Positions 29,563 through 40,902 of a stretch of 64,000 nt of DNA are shown in pieces. Both the position numbers and the translations under genes were made by a program. The stretch is from Spirochaetia bacterium. GTDB taxonomy: Bacteria; Spirochaetota; Spirochaetia; UBA9216. How positions within the stretch are numbered: position 1 is the stretch's first letter; each line of letters opens with the position of its first letter. The DNA is taken from assembly GCA_963675665.1 (NCBI GenBank), contig OY776510.1:3200001-3264000 (forward strand), written 5' to 3'. The notes beneath the pieces are model-generated. The model was not told where the DNA came from, made no database searches, and saw only the letters and a program-made list of their open reading frames with translations.

Positions 29563-31311
29563 TTATTCCTTATCCGTACAGAATACCATCTCTTCCAGTC
29601 CTGCCCCCGGCGGTACCATCGGAAATACATTTGCTTCCGGTTCTATAATGCAGTCTATTATTATCGGACCGTCTTTGATTGTTTCAGCACTGGACAGGGC
29701 TGAATGCAGATCCTCCTCCGTAAGGACCCTGAAACCGGCGGCACCGTAGGCATCCGCAAGTTTTATAAAATCGGGAGTCCCGTCGGGTGTAACAGCCGGC
29801 TGGTTTTTAAGTGCTTCTACATCGTTAAGGTGGGTGGAAGAATAACGTTTCCCGTAAAACATTTCCTGCCACTGGCGTACCATTCCCAGATAACCGTTAT
29901 TCAGGATAAGAATTATAATGGATAATCTGTTTTTTACCGCTGTGGCAAGTTCCTGAAGGTTCATCTGGAAAGAACCGTCTCCGGCAACGGCAATAACACG
30001 CTTGTCGGGGTTTCCTATGGCTGCACCGACTGAAGCCGGAAAACCGTATCCCATAGTGCCCAGGCCACCGGATGTTACAAGGGTACGGGGTTTCTGAAAA
30101 TTCCAGTAAAGCGCCGTCCACATCTGGTTTTGACCTACCTCGGTGGTAACAATAGAATCGGGAAATTTTTCATTTACAATTTTCAGAACCTGGTACGGCA
30201 TAAGGTTGGGTTGCGGTTTTATTTCGGCATTAAACCCCTCGTATGCGTTTTTACATACGGCGTTTTCCTTCCATTTGCCGATGGTACCGAGCCATTCCGG
30301 TCTTTCAACGGTTTCAAGCATAGGCAGCATTTCCGTAAGAACCATACTGCAGTCTCCGACTATGGGAATTTCAACAGGTACGTTTCGGGCAATTGCCGCC
30401 GGATCAATATCAAGATGAATAATTTTTGCGTGAGGAGCAAATTTCTCAAGAGCTCCGGTCGCCCGGTCGTCAAAACGAACGCCTATGCCGAATAAAAGAT
30501 CACAATTTGAAACGGCCATATTAGCAGCATATGTACCGTGCATCCCCAGCATACCGAGGTTGAGTTTGTTCGATGTTTCAAGAGCTCCGATTCCCATCAG
30601 GGAGGTAATAACAGGAATACCGGTTTTCTTAACTATTTCCCTGAAAATCTCAGAAGAATCTCCGACATTTATGCCGCCGCCGGCAAAAAGCAGCGGTTTC
30701 TCAGCATTATTGATAGCTGCCGAAGCGCGTTTAATCTGTCCTTTATGGCCTTTTCCGGGAAAAGAGTAACCGCTAAGGCTTACTGTTTCCGGATAACTGT
30801 CTTCGACAGGCTGGGTAAAGACGTCTTTTGGAATGTCGATAACAACCGGACCGGGTCTTCCTGTAGATGCAATATAAAATGATTCCTTCAGGGTTTTGGC
30901 AAGAATTTCTCTGTCGGTAACGATATAGTTATGTTTTGTAACAGGACGGGTAATCCCGACTACATCAGCTTCCTGAAATGCATCGTTTCCTATCATGCTT
31001 CGCGGAACCTGACCGGAAATACAAACAAGCGGAACGCTGTCAAAATTGGCTGTGGCCAGACCTGTGATGGTATTTGTTGCTCCGGGGCCGCTGGTTACAA
31101 GGCAGACACCGGTTTTTCCTGTTGTACGCGCATAGGCGTCAGCTGCATGCACCGCAGCCTGCTCATGTCGGGTGAGGATTACCCTTATATCCTTCGCTTT
31201 GTAAAGTGTGTCGAATACAGGGATTACAACACCGCCCGGGTAGCCGAAAATAGTATCTATGCCTTCCTTGCGTAGACATTCGATAACCATTTCTGCGCCT
31301 GTATAAACCAT
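29563..31311 (-). CDS. ilvB: Acetolactate synthase large subunit (biosynthetic)
   Basis: FGYPGG, RHEQ, TSGPGATN, RFDDR, GDGSFQMN, LGMVRQWQ. Confidence 0.96.
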   Translation of the reverse strand: MVYTGAEMVIECLRKEGIDTIFGYPGGVVIPVFDTLYKAKDIRVILTRHEQAAVHAADAYARTTGKTGVCLVTSGPGATNTITGLATANFDSVPLVCISGQVPRSMIGNDAFQEADVVGITRPVTKHNYIVTDREILAKTLKESFYIASTGRPGPVVIDIPKDVFTQPVEDSYPETVSLSGYSFPGKGHKGQIKRASAAINNAEKPLLFAGGGINVGDSSEIFREIVKKTGIPVITSLMGIGALETSNKLNLGMLGMHGTYAANMAVSNCDLLFGIGVRFDDRATGALEKFAPHAKIIHLDIDPAAIARNVPVEIPIVGDCSMVLTEMLPMLETVERPEWLGTIGKWKENAVCKNAYEGFNAEIKPQPNLMPYQVLKIVNEKFPDSIVTTEVGQNQMWTALYWNFQKPRTLVTSGGLGTMGYGFPASVGAAIGNPDKRVIAVAGDGSFQMNLQELATAVKNRLSIIILILNNGYLGMVRQWQEMFYGKRYSSTHLNDVEALKNQPAVTPDGTPDFIKLADAYGAAGFRVLTEEDLHSALSSAETIKDGPIIIDCIIEPEANVFPMVPPGAGLEEMVFCTDKE

Positions 31312-31416
31312 ATTTTACTCCTGTTATAAACTCTGCCATGGAAGGCAGGCTGTTGAGCTGAAGTTTTCAAAAAAATGCATGGATGCAGTTTTATGATTCC
31401 TCCTGTTTCCATATTT

Positions 31417-31451
31417 AAAAAAAAACCGCTCTCCCTTCAAGGAAGAACGGT
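31417..31451 (-). terminator. Attenuator terminator upstream of ilvB
   Basis: Minus strand ACCGTTCTTCC-TTGAA-GGGAGAGCGGT then a U-run. Confidence 0.85.
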
Positions 31452-31474
31452 CCGAATAAAAAGTTTTCGGTAAA

Positions 31475-31561
31475 TCAATCTTCCCGCATAGTATGCTTGT
31501 TGAGTAGAATAATAATGCTTAGGATAGAAATAATCGATTTACCTGAAACTGGTCTTTTCAT
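31475..31561 (-). CDS. ilv/leu operon leader peptide (28 aa, MKRPVSGKSIISILSIIILLNKHTMRED)
   Basis: Run of 6 Ile and 3 Leu codons in 11, stop codon 23 nt before the terminator; below the ORF-track length cutoff. Confidence 0.8.
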   Translation of the reverse strand: MKRPVSGKSIISILSIIILLNKHTMRED

Positions 31562-31567
31562 ATTATC

Positions 31568-31596
31568 AGGGTAAAAGAGAATCGGTTTTTTGTCAA
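31568..31596 (-). promoter_or_regulatory. Sigma70 promoter of the ilv leader (TSS predicted at the ATG)
   Basis: TTGACA-N17-TACCCT-N6-ATG. Confidence 0.65.
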
Positions 31597-31676
31597 GATA
31601 ATCTTAAGTAATTTTTAAAGAGATGAAGTAGAGTTAAAGTTTGGAAGTTTCGGGGTAATGCGTATATAATTAAACT

Positions 31677-32294
31677 ATGAATATTCCAATTGAGTATTAC
31701 GGAACAGCCGCCTCTGTTATAGTTGCGGTATCGCTGACCCAGAAGAATATTAAAAGATTAAGAATTCTTAATCTGATAGGTGCAGCAGCATTTTCCGGTT
31801 ACGGTTTTATGATAGAAGCCTGGCCTGTATTGGGGTTGAATGCTTTTATATGCATAATCGATCTGTATTATCTGATCGAGATGAGACGAAAGAAAAACTA
31901 CTTTGAATTACTGTATATTGAAAATCCCGGCGAATCTGTTTATCTGAAAAAATTTCTAGAATTTTATTTTGAAGATATAAAATCGTTCATGCCTGATTTC
32001 AATGCTTCAATACCGTCGGATTCCGAGGCTGTTTTTATTCTTAGAGATTTGCTGCCGGTATCTCTGGTCCTGTACCGTAAAAATATAACCGGGATAGAAA
32101 TTCTTGCAGATTATGCAATTCCCTCATACAGGGATATGAAAAACGCACAGTTCTTTTTCGGGAAAATTGCCGAAACAATAACTGATGCCGAAGGTGTGTT
32201 CACAACAAATCCTGGAAGCAGTCTGCACAACAGGTACCTGGAAAAAATCGGATTCGTTTTTTCCGGCGATAAAAAGCTGTATATTAAAGATTGA
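31677..32294 (+). CDS. Membrane protein (YgjV-like N-terminal TMs) with soluble C-terminal domain
   Basis: LRILNLIGA..F..YG...AWPV..LN TM motif; C-terminal DYAIPSYRDMKNA...YLEKIGF resembles a GNAT-like fold. Confidence 0.6.
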   Translation: MNIPIEYYGTAASVIVAVSLTQKNIKRLRILNLIGAAAFSGYGFMIEAWPVLGLNAFICIIDLYYLIEMRRKKNYFELLYIENPGESVYLKKFLEFYFEDIKSFMPDFNASIPSDSEAVFILRDLLPVSLVLYRKNITGIEILADYAIPSYRDMKNAQFFFGKIAETITDAEGVFTTNPGSSLHNRYLEKIGFVFSGDKKLYIKD

Positions 32295-32308
32295 GGTGAT
32301 TACAGATA

Positions 32309-33985
32309 ATGGAAGGCTCAGAAGTTTTTGACAAACTTGTTCGCGAACTTGATCCGATTGAACGAAAAGCACTGCTCGACAAACTTACCCCGGATGAGGT
32401 TTTTGAATCGGAACCTCTTGTCAGGAAAGATCCCGAGATAGAGATAGATCTGGAAAAAGAATATTACTCACTGGGGTTTCTCAGCAGAATTATTATATTT
32501 TTCAAGGTTACCTTCGGAAAAGAGGATAAATTTCAGCTTACCGAAGAAATTGTGCTAAAAAGGATGGAGCGCGAAATTAAAAAAAATGCAGGTGAGATAC
32601 TTTCTTATGCAAAAGGCATACTGAAACAGGGCCTTATGGAGGAAATTGAAAAACTGCATGAATCAGTATCATTTTTTTATGAAGTTGTTAATACAGCGAC
32701 CGGAGCAGGAAGGGGAGAATTCCTGAATTTTCTCGGAAGCCTTCAGATACCCATTATTCATCATCAGCTTCTTCTCGATACGGATTTTTTACGGACAGAG
32801 AAGAAAACCGGCTTATACAACCCCTCTGACGTCAGAAAAGAAGTTATGCTTAATGTTGAGACAAATCTTGGAAAGATTACCGGTGAACTTCGACACTCCA
32901 TGTATATGCAGTCCAAAACAATTTTTATTATGGGTGAAATAGTAAAATATGATTTTGCAGGTCTGGAAAATCTTTTTGTTGTACAGGATGATAATAATGA
33001 AAAGGTCTGTTATTTCGGCGATGCCAGAACAAGACTTGAACGGCTGACCGATTTACTCTTTTCATTCAAAATATCGCCGGACAAACAATTGATGGAAGCA
33101 CTTTTTCTGTTTCACAACAGTTCCATGAAGGCAAGCGATGAAGAAGCAATAAGCGGCGAACTTAAGGCTTTTCTGTCCTCTGCAGGCCGGCATATGACGG
33201 TATTGAAAAAATTCAATCAGAAAATGCAGCTTGCAAGGATAATGAAACTGGTTACCGGAAATATTGATTATAAACCTACTCTTTTATCAGGCGGTGAAGA
33301 CTGGTTTAATTTATATTCACGCTACTGGCAGAATGTTGCCGAAAGCAGGTACAGAAAGTACAGTGCGGAGAAAAGAAAAAACAAGATTTACCAGGATATG
33401 CAGATGTATTTCAAGAAAGACAAATTGCCTGAACTGGAATACTATAATTTGTCGTATAAATACAGCTGCGGGTTTCTGAGCCTTTTTCTGCGTGAACAAT
33501 TCACTTCCGGCATGAATGAGGTACTTAAAAAAATACTGGTAGACGGAAAATTCTACAAAAAAAGCAACAAGGAAGATTTTACTGATTCATACAGCAAGCT
33601 TCTCGGGTTATATGAAAAACTTAAGGTCTTTGATGAAAAGAATTCTCCGAAAGGAGAGTACGGATTAAAAAAAGATGATATTAAAAAAGAGATGACGTCA
33701 GAATCCGTCAGAGAAAAGCGTATTGCGGCAATAGAAGAAAACATGGATTCTGAGGCTCTTGATATTATTCGGACAGGACTTGAAGGACTTCTGCTTTTAA
33801 AAAATGTTCTATACGGTATTCTTCACGGTAAAGCCGGAGGTCAGTATGACAGTCTGACAAATCTCAATAAACTTATTACAATTGAAAGCCGTGATTTCAT
33901 TATAGATCTTAACACGGTCTATTCAAATATTGATGATGCGTACAGACTTCTGGGTGATATCCTCTCGCTTGAAGAAGAGGAATAA
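32309..33985 (+). CDS. Spirochaete conserved hypothetical protein (DUF5312-like)
   Basis: FDKLV..L...ER..LL, GGEDWF..Y..YW, LKKILVDGKFYKK.N, YDSLTNL. Confidence 0.6.
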   Translation: MEGSEVFDKLVRELDPIERKALLDKLTPDEVFESEPLVRKDPEIEIDLEKEYYSLGFLSRIIIFFKVTFGKEDKFQLTEEIVLKRMEREIKKNAGEILSYAKGILKQGLMEEIEKLHESVSFFYEVVNTATGAGRGEFLNFLGSLQIPIIHHQLLLDTDFLRTEKKTGLYNPSDVRKEVMLNVETNLGKITGELRHSMYMQSKTIFIMGEIVKYDFAGLENLFVVQDDNNEKVCYFGDARTRLERLTDLLFSFKISPDKQLMEALFLFHNSSMKASDEEAISGELKAFLSSAGRHMTVLKKFNQKMQLARIMKLVTGNIDYKPTLLSGGEDWFNLYSRYWQNVAESRYRKYSAEKRKNKIYQDMQMYFKKDKLPELEYYNLSYKYSCGFLSLFLREQFTSGMNEVLKKILVDGKFYKKSNKEDFTDSYSKLLGLYEKLKVFDEKNSPKGEYGLKKDDIKKEMTSESVREKRIAAIEENMDSEALDIIRTGLEGLLLLKNVLYGILHGKAGGQYDSLTNLNKLITIESRDFIIDLNTVYSNIDDAYRLLGDILSLEEEE

Positions 33986-33999
33986 ACTGAAGGTTGCAG

Positions 34000-34713
34000 A
34001 TGAATGAAATAACTGAACTCTATAATGAAGCAGAAAGCAGGCTTCTGATAACAAATATCAGTGCGGGATCGGTAGGCCGTTCATATGAGACGGAGCATCC
34101 TGGCAGAAAAAGACTACTCATAGATTTGGGATTAATTCCTGAGAAAGTAAAATTCGTCAGACAGACGCATTCAAAAAAGGTAATAGATGCTTCAGAGCAC
34201 TCATTTAGTCCGCTGACGGAAGCCGACGGAATAATCGCCGGCAATTTAAAGGAGGCAATTGCAATAACAGTTGCTGACTGCATGCCTGTTTTTCTTCATG
34301 ATAAAAAGCGTAATGTCCGCGCATTGCTTCACAGCGGCTGGAAGGGGACAGGAATAGCCCTCGAAGCGCTTGAACAGATGCGCCGGCGATACGGAAGCAG
34401 CCCGGAAGATGTAACGGCCGTTCTCGGCCCGGCAATCGGCAGCTGCTGTTATAATGTAGACAGGCAGCGGGCTGAAGTATTCAGGGCTGAATGGGGCGAT
34501 GATGCTGTTGTCTTCAGGAACGGCGAATATTATCTGTCGCTTGAGAACGCCAACAGGGTAATGCTGTCGCGGGCCGGGGTTAAAAATATTATATGTTCAG
34601 GCACCTGTACCGCCTGCAGCCCGAATTTCGGGTCTTTCAGACGAGAGGGTCCCGATAACTACACCCTGATGTTTGTGCTCAGTACTGCTGTTGATGGAAG
34701 TCCTCTTGAATGA
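34000..34713 (+). CDS. pgeF: YfiH/PgeF (laccase-like, purine nucleoside phosphorylase) family protein
   Basis: QTHS, ADG, VADCMP, HSGWKG, GPAIGSCCY, CTAC, SFRR. Confidence 0.88.
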   Translation: MNEITELYNEAESRLLITNISAGSVGRSYETEHPGRKRLLIDLGLIPEKVKFVRQTHSKKVIDASEHSFSPLTEADGIIAGNLKEAIAITVADCMPVFLHDKKRNVRALLHSGWKGTGIALEALEQMRRRYGSSPEDVTAVLGPAIGSCCYNVDRQRAEVFRAEWGDDAVVFRNGEYYLSLENANRVMLSRAGVKNIICSGTCTACSPNFGSFRREGPDNYTLMFVLSTAVDGSPLE

Positions 34714-34792
34714 GTGCCGATAATGTGTAATTATCTAGGCTCAAATCCAGTTGATAATAACATCAGATAAATTATTTTCGGAGGACTGTTTA

Positions 34793-36559
34793 ATGACTGC
34801 TTTGAAAAAAAACTGGCAGGAATATATTTATAATGCAATAAAAAATGCGGCTGACAAGGCCGGCATAGATGCCGGTATCGATGCTCCGGACAGTATAATT
34901 GTCGGCAATCCGCCGAAACCCGGGATGGGTGATTTTGCTTTTGCAATGTTTCCGTTTGCCAAAGCGTTCAGAAAGGCCCCCCAGGAAATCGCTGCCATGG
35001 TTGTGTCCGAACTTCAAAACAGTCCTGCAGCGGCCTCCGGCAGTTTTACAACAGCCGGGCCGTATGTGAATGTTAAAATTGAAATTGCTGCTGCTGCAGA
35101 CGAAATTCTGGAAACAGTCCTGAATAAAAAAGAGCAATACGGAAACGGTGAAAGTCTTGCCGGTAAAAAAATAATGGTTGAGTTTTCTTGTCCCAATACA
35201 AACAAGCCGTTGCATCTTGGACACCTTAGAAACGACTCAATAGGGGCATGTATTTCAAGAATACTGAAGGCTTCCGGCGCCGACGTAATGAAGGTAAATC
35301 TCATAAACGATCGCGGAATTCATATTTGCAAATCAATGCTTGCATATAAAAAATTCGGCGAAGGCTCTACTCCGGAATCAACCGGGATGAAAAGCGATCA
35401 TTTCGTCGGCGATTATTATGTAAAATTCGACCGCTGGGCAAAAGAAGACGACAGCGCGCTTGCTGAAGCACAGAAGATGCTGCAGGACTGGGAGTCCGGG
35501 GATGAAGAAACAACCCGTCTGTGGAAAATGATGAATAAGTGGACTATCGACGGAATAGAGGAAACCTACAAGGCAACCGGAATAAGCTTTGACAAGTTCT
35601 ATTACGAGAGTAATACGTATTCGGGCGGAAAAGACGAGGTTATGAAGGGCCTGGATGACGGTATTTTTTATAAAGAAGAGGATAATTCGATATGGGTTGA
35701 CCTGTCGGATATTAATCTTGATAAAAAAGTTCTGCTTCGTGGTGACGGAACTTCACTCTACATGACCCAGGACCTGGGTACGGCAATTGCCAGACACGGC
35801 GACTGGCCCTTCGACCAGCTGATATATGTTGTAGGGTCGGAGCAACAATATCATTTCAGGGTACTGTTTCATATCCTGAAAAAACTTGGATATCGCTGGG
35901 CTGATGATCTCAAGCATCTTTCTTACGGTATGGTTAATCTTCCGGACGGCAAGATGAAATCGCGTGAAGGAACTGTTGTCGATGCGGACGACCTGGTTAA
36001 ACAGCTTGCCGGACTGGCCAGAGAAGAGATTGAAAATAAAGATCGGGCCGGTGAAGTCGGGGATATTGATGCTACATCACATGCCATAGCGCTTGCGGCG
36101 CTGAATTATTATCTTCTTCAGGTTTCACCGTCAAAAGACATGATTTTTAATCCGTCCGAATCACTATCTTTCAATGGAAATACCGGACCCTATCTTCAGT
36201 ATATGGGCGCCAGAATATCAAGCATGATACGAAAATTCGATGAAAAACACATTGAGTTTGAAGGAATAGAGGCGGACACTTCGCTTCTGAAGGTTGAGGA
36301 TGAAAAAGAATTGATTAAAATGCTGATATCGTATCCCGAGTCGGTAGAGCAGGCTGCTGAAGAGCTGAATCCTTCATGTATAGCCTCTTACCTGTATGAC
36401 CTGGCAAAAATATTTTCCCGTTTTTATCATGATAACCCTGTTCTTAACAATAAAGACAAGGTCGTTGCCGTTACACGGATGAAATTATCGACTGCTGTCC
36501 TTCAGGTATTGAAAAACGGGTTCGATTTAATAGGTATCCCGTTTCTTGAGAAGATGTAA
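34793..36559 (+). CDS. argS: Arginine--tRNA ligase
   Basis: EFSCPNTNKPLHLGHLRN, GKMKSREG, GNTGPYLQY, C-terminal LEKM; GGAGG before ATG 34793. Confidence 0.97.
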   Translation: MTALKKNWQEYIYNAIKNAADKAGIDAGIDAPDSIIVGNPPKPGMGDFAFAMFPFAKAFRKAPQEIAAMVVSELQNSPAAASGSFTTAGPYVNVKIEIAAAADEILETVLNKKEQYGNGESLAGKKIMVEFSCPNTNKPLHLGHLRNDSIGACISRILKASGADVMKVNLINDRGIHICKSMLAYKKFGEGSTPESTGMKSDHFVGDYYVKFDRWAKEDDSALAEAQKMLQDWESGDEETTRLWKMMNKWTIDGIEETYKATGISFDKFYYESNTYSGGKDEVMKGLDDGIFYKEEDNSIWVDLSDINLDKKVLLRGDGTSLYMTQDLGTAIARHGDWPFDQLIYVVGSEQQYHFRVLFHILKKLGYRWADDLKHLSYGMVNLPDGKMKSREGTVVDADDLVKQLAGLAREEIENKDRAGEVGDIDATSHAIALAALNYYLLQVSPSKDMIFNPSESLSFNGNTGPYLQYMGARISSMIRKFDEKHIEFEGIEADTSLLKVEDEKELIKMLISYPESVEQAAEELNPSCIASYLYDLAKIFSRFYHDNPVLNNKDKVVAVTRMKLSTAVLQVLKNGFDLIGIPFLEKM

Positions 36560-36637
36560 AGAGCCATGCATCTTGACTCGAGGACTGTGATTATGGTATA
36601 TAATGGTTCACATTAAATTTGTATTAAGGTTGGATAA

Positions 36638-36949
36638 ATGTACGCACTGGTTGAAATTAAAGGAAAACAGTACAAAGCGGAAAAGGGCAGCCTGCTTCAG
36701 GTTGATAAGATAGAAGGTGAGAAAGGCGACACTGTTGAATTCGATTCAGTATTGATGCTCAGTGGTGATGATGTAAAAGTCGGTACCCCTTATGTCGAAG
36801 GAGCCAAGGTAAAGGTTACTCTTGAAGAACAGACCAAAGGCAAGAAAGTAAAAATCTTCAAATTTAAAAGAAGAAAAAACTACAGCCTGAAAAAAGGTCA
36901 CAGACAGCAGTACACAAAAGTACGTGTCGAGGAAATAACCGGAGCCTGA
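36638..36949 (+). CDS. rplU: 50S ribosomal protein L21
   Basis: MYALVEIKGKQY, GTPYV, GHRQQYT. Confidence 0.97.
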   Translation: MYALVEIKGKQYKAEKGSLLQVDKIEGEKGDTVEFDSVLMLSGDDVKVGTPYVEGAKVKVTLEEQTKGKKVKIFKFKRRKNYSLKKGHRQQYTKVRVEEITGA

Positions 36950-36950
36950 A

Positions 36951-37280
36951 TTGATTAATATCTGGATTGGCGTTGATAACAGCGGCAATCTGCGATCAAT
37001 AAAGGCTGAAGGGCATTCAATGTCGGCCCTGAAAGGCAGCAACATCGTCTGTGCGGCGGTTACATCGCAGCTCAGAAGTGTTGTGAGGGTCATGGAATCC
37101 GCCGACGGTTGTCAAAGCAGTATATCTGCGGAGCATGACGGTCAGCTTGCACTTGAAATAATGTCTTGTAACGACAACAGGTGGCTTGCGGGCGTGACCG
37201 ATGTGCTTCTTGCAGGGCTGATTGAGATTGAACGGGATTTTCCGGATGAATGTAAAATTGAACTGATTAAAATGAATTAG
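36951..37280 (+). CDS. prp: Ribosomal-processing cysteine protease Prp (YsxB family)
   Basis: AEGHS...NIVCAAVT His/Cys dyad; located between rplU and rpmA. Confidence 0.85.
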   Translation: MINIWIGVDNSGNLRSIKAEGHSMSALKGSNIVCAAVTSQLRSVVRVMESADGCQSSISAEHDGQLALEIMSCNDNRWLAGVTDVLLAGLIEIERDFPDECKIELIKMN

Positions 37281-37290
37281 GGAGTTTATA

Positions 37291-38534
<1,244 letters not shown>

Positions 38535-38539
38535 TTACA

Positions 38540-39130
38540 ATGCAAAACAAGATTTCTACTGTTATTATTGGAGGCACTTTTGATCCGGTTCATATCGGAC
38601 ACATGCATATTGCAGATGAGGTTCAGAGGGCTTTCCATTCCGACCTTGTAATATTTGTGCCTTCATATATTTCAGCCCATAAAACCATGAAAAAAGCTGC
38701 CGCTTCCCAGCATCGTCTGCAGATGCTGAAAATTGCATGTCGAAAAATAAATGTGGAGATAGAAACATGCGAGATTGACCGAAAGGGAATATCGTACACC
38801 ATAGATACAATAAGATATATAAGGAAAAAGTATAATCTGAAAGAGAAACCCGGATTGCTGATCGGTGATGATTTGGCCGAAGGTTTCAACAAATGGAAAA
38901 CCCCCGAGATGATTGCGGAAGAAGCTCAGCTGATAGTTGCCTGTCGTGATCAGAGAGATGAAATTGATTTCGGATTTAAACATTTCAGGGTAAATAATCT
39001 TATGCTTAATATTTCCTCAAGTGAAATAAGACGAAGATTGTCGGAAAACCTCGCCTGCAGGTTTCTGATGCCGGACGGGGTATATGATTATATAAGAGAA
39101 AATGAATTATACGGAGACCTCAATGCCTGA
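38540..39130 (+). CDS. nadD: Nicotinate-nucleotide adenylyltransferase
   Basis: GGTFDPVHIGH, SYTIDT, IGDD, ISSSEIR. Confidence 0.93.
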   Translation: MQNKISTVIIGGTFDPVHIGHMHIADEVQRAFHSDLVIFVPSYISAHKTMKKAAASQHRLQMLKIACRKINVEIETCEIDRKGISYTIDTIRYIRKKYNLKEKPGLLIGDDLAEGFNKWKTPEMIAEEAQLIVACRDQRDEIDFGFKHFRVNNLMLNISSSEIRRRLSENLACRFLMPDGVYDYIRENELYGDLNA

Positions 39131-39710
39131 AATCAGGGATATCGAAGTTTTTATAAAAAAGAACCTCAGTGAGAAAAGGTACATGCATTCCAGGCGGACG
39201 GCCGAAACTGCCGAAAAACTCTGCGCGCTTTATGGCTATGACACGCAAAAAGGAAGAATTGAAGGCTTATTGCATGATATTGCAAGGGAAAAAAGTGTTG
39301 AAGAAGTATTGAGTCTTGTTAAAGGCGACGGCATTCCGGTAAGCAAGATTGAAACTGATTATCCGGTGCTTTTGCACGGACGGGCAGGTGCCGTAATAGC
39401 AAAGAATGATCTGGGCATTAATGATGAGGAAATCCTTGAAGCTGTCAGGTGGCACACTACGGGAAAAAGGGGAATGACAGGGCTGACATCGATTCTGTAT
39501 GTTGCTGATTATATTGAACCCGGAAGAGTGCATATTGATAATGAATTCAGGAAAAGGATCAGGGAGCTTAACCTGAATCAATTGGTAATGGAAGTTGTCA
39601 GAAGCAGCATTGCGTACTGCAGAATGAAGGGCTATTCAGTTGCTGAACATACCTTTATGTTATATCATGAGCTTGAGAAGAAGGTAAACGGAATTGAAGT
39701 CAAAGTTTGA
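39123..39710 (+). CDS. yqeK: HD-domain Ap4A hydrolase YqeK
   Basis: RYMHS, LLHDIA, LLHG, WHTTG, ADYIEPGR. Confidence 0.9.
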   Translation: MPEIRDIEVFIKKNLSEKRYMHSRRTAETAEKLCALYGYDTQKGRIEGLLHDIAREKSVEEVLSLVKGDGIPVSKIETDYPVLLHGRAGAVIAKNDLGINDEEILEAVRWHTTGKRGMTGLTSILYVADYIEPGRVHIDNEFRKRIRELNLNQLVMEVVRSSIAYCRMKGYSVAEHTFMLYHELEKKVNGIEVKV

Positions 39711-40902
39711 ATTTGATAAAAGTATAATTATTCTGATTGCAATTGCAGTAGTCGCAGCAGCAGCGGCTGTTTTTATTGTAAGAAGCACCAGAACAGATCG
39801 TCTTACCGAGATGATTGAAAACAAACAGGATATCAATATTATTTTTCTTGTTCATGATAAAGAGAAACTCCTTTTCACGGAAATCCTGTTTTACAATACC
39901 GGCACAGGAAAAGGTGCTTTGCTTGATATCCCCGGTGAAACCGGCGTTATCATCGAGAAACTCGGAAAGATCGACAGAATAGATAAATTATATAATGCAA
40001 GAACGCCGGAAGAGTACATTGCAGCCGTTGAGAATATGATAGAGCAGGAGATTAATTTCTATTTTCAGATTGATTTAAATGATTTTATCGCAATGGTGGA
40101 TATCCTGGGCGGTCTTGAAATGTTTATAGATAACCCGGTTGAAATTATTGACGAAGAGCAGATTGCTTTACTTCCGTCAGGAAGCATAACACTTGACGGA
40201 AATAAAGCCGAAACTTTTATTACATATTATGACCCGGATGAAAATGAAATAGAAACAAGCGGTAGGCGTGAAAAGACAATACAATCCATACTTAAAGCCT
40301 TTCAGAAACAGGGTGAAATGCTGACTGCCGACAGAATGTTTCCTTTTTTCAATAGAACAATTGAAACGGATGCCGACAATTCCTCTTTGAAAGCCTTTAT
40401 AAAGGAAATGGTTAATCTGGATACAGAGAGAATCGTTTTTCAAAGGGTTCTGGGCGTCAGACGAACCGTAGATGAGCAGGAGCTGCTTTTCAGTCATTAT
40501 GACGGCAACCTTCTTCGTGAAACAGTCAGGCAGACAATATCATCTCTTGCAAATATTGATGTGGTAAGCGATGATGAACTGAACGTCACAATAGAAATAC
40601 TGAACGGAACAGCAATAAACGGCCTTGCATCGAGGACGTCGCAGGTTTTTCAAAGTTTCGGTTATGATGTAGCGCATATAGGTAATAATGATGATAATGA
40701 TGTTGACAAGACAGTTGTTATAAACAGGCGCGGTGATATAATGCAGGCCCAGCGTATTGCAAGTATTATTAAATGTTCAAATATTGAGACGTCATCGCCG
40801 GATGAGGAAGTTTTTGACGAGGTTCTCGGAGAACTGGCCGAAGAAATTGATTTAACTATAATCTTGGGAAAGGATTTTGATGGAAGATACTGTAAAGAAT
40901 AA
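39694..40902 (+). CDS. LCP (LytR-CpsA-Psr) family protein with LytR_C domain
   Basis: N-terminal TM, VDILGGL, C-terminal EILNGTAINGLA...IILGKDF. Confidence 0.82.
   Translation: MKSKFEFDKSIIILIAIAVVAAAAAVFIVRSTRTDRLTEMIENKQDINIIFLVHDKEKLLFTEILFYNTGTGKGALLDIPGETGVIIEKLGKIDRIDKLYNARTPEEYIAAVENMIEQEINFYFQIDLNDFIAMVDILGGLEMFIDNPVEIIDEEQIALLPSGSITLDGNKAETFITYYDPDENEIETSGRREKTIQSILKAFQKQGEMLTADRMFPFFNRTIETDADNSSLKAFIKEMVNLDTERIVFQRVLGVRRTVDEQELLFSHYDGNLLRETVRQTISSLANIDVVSDDELNVTIEILNGTAINGLASRTSQVFQSFGYDVAHIGNNDDNDVDKTVVINRRGDIMQAQRIASIIKCSNIETSSPDEEVFDEVLGELAEEIDLTIILGKDFDGRYCKE

Noticed and set aside
31312-31415. AGGAGG and a short ORF between the attenuator and ilvB
   Set aside because: No suitable start codon follows the SD-like sequence, and the ORF runs out of frame into ilvB with no coding features.
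34722-34739. Possible ARG box upstream of argS (AATGTGTAATTATCTAGG)
   Set aside because: A single poor match with no tandem partner.
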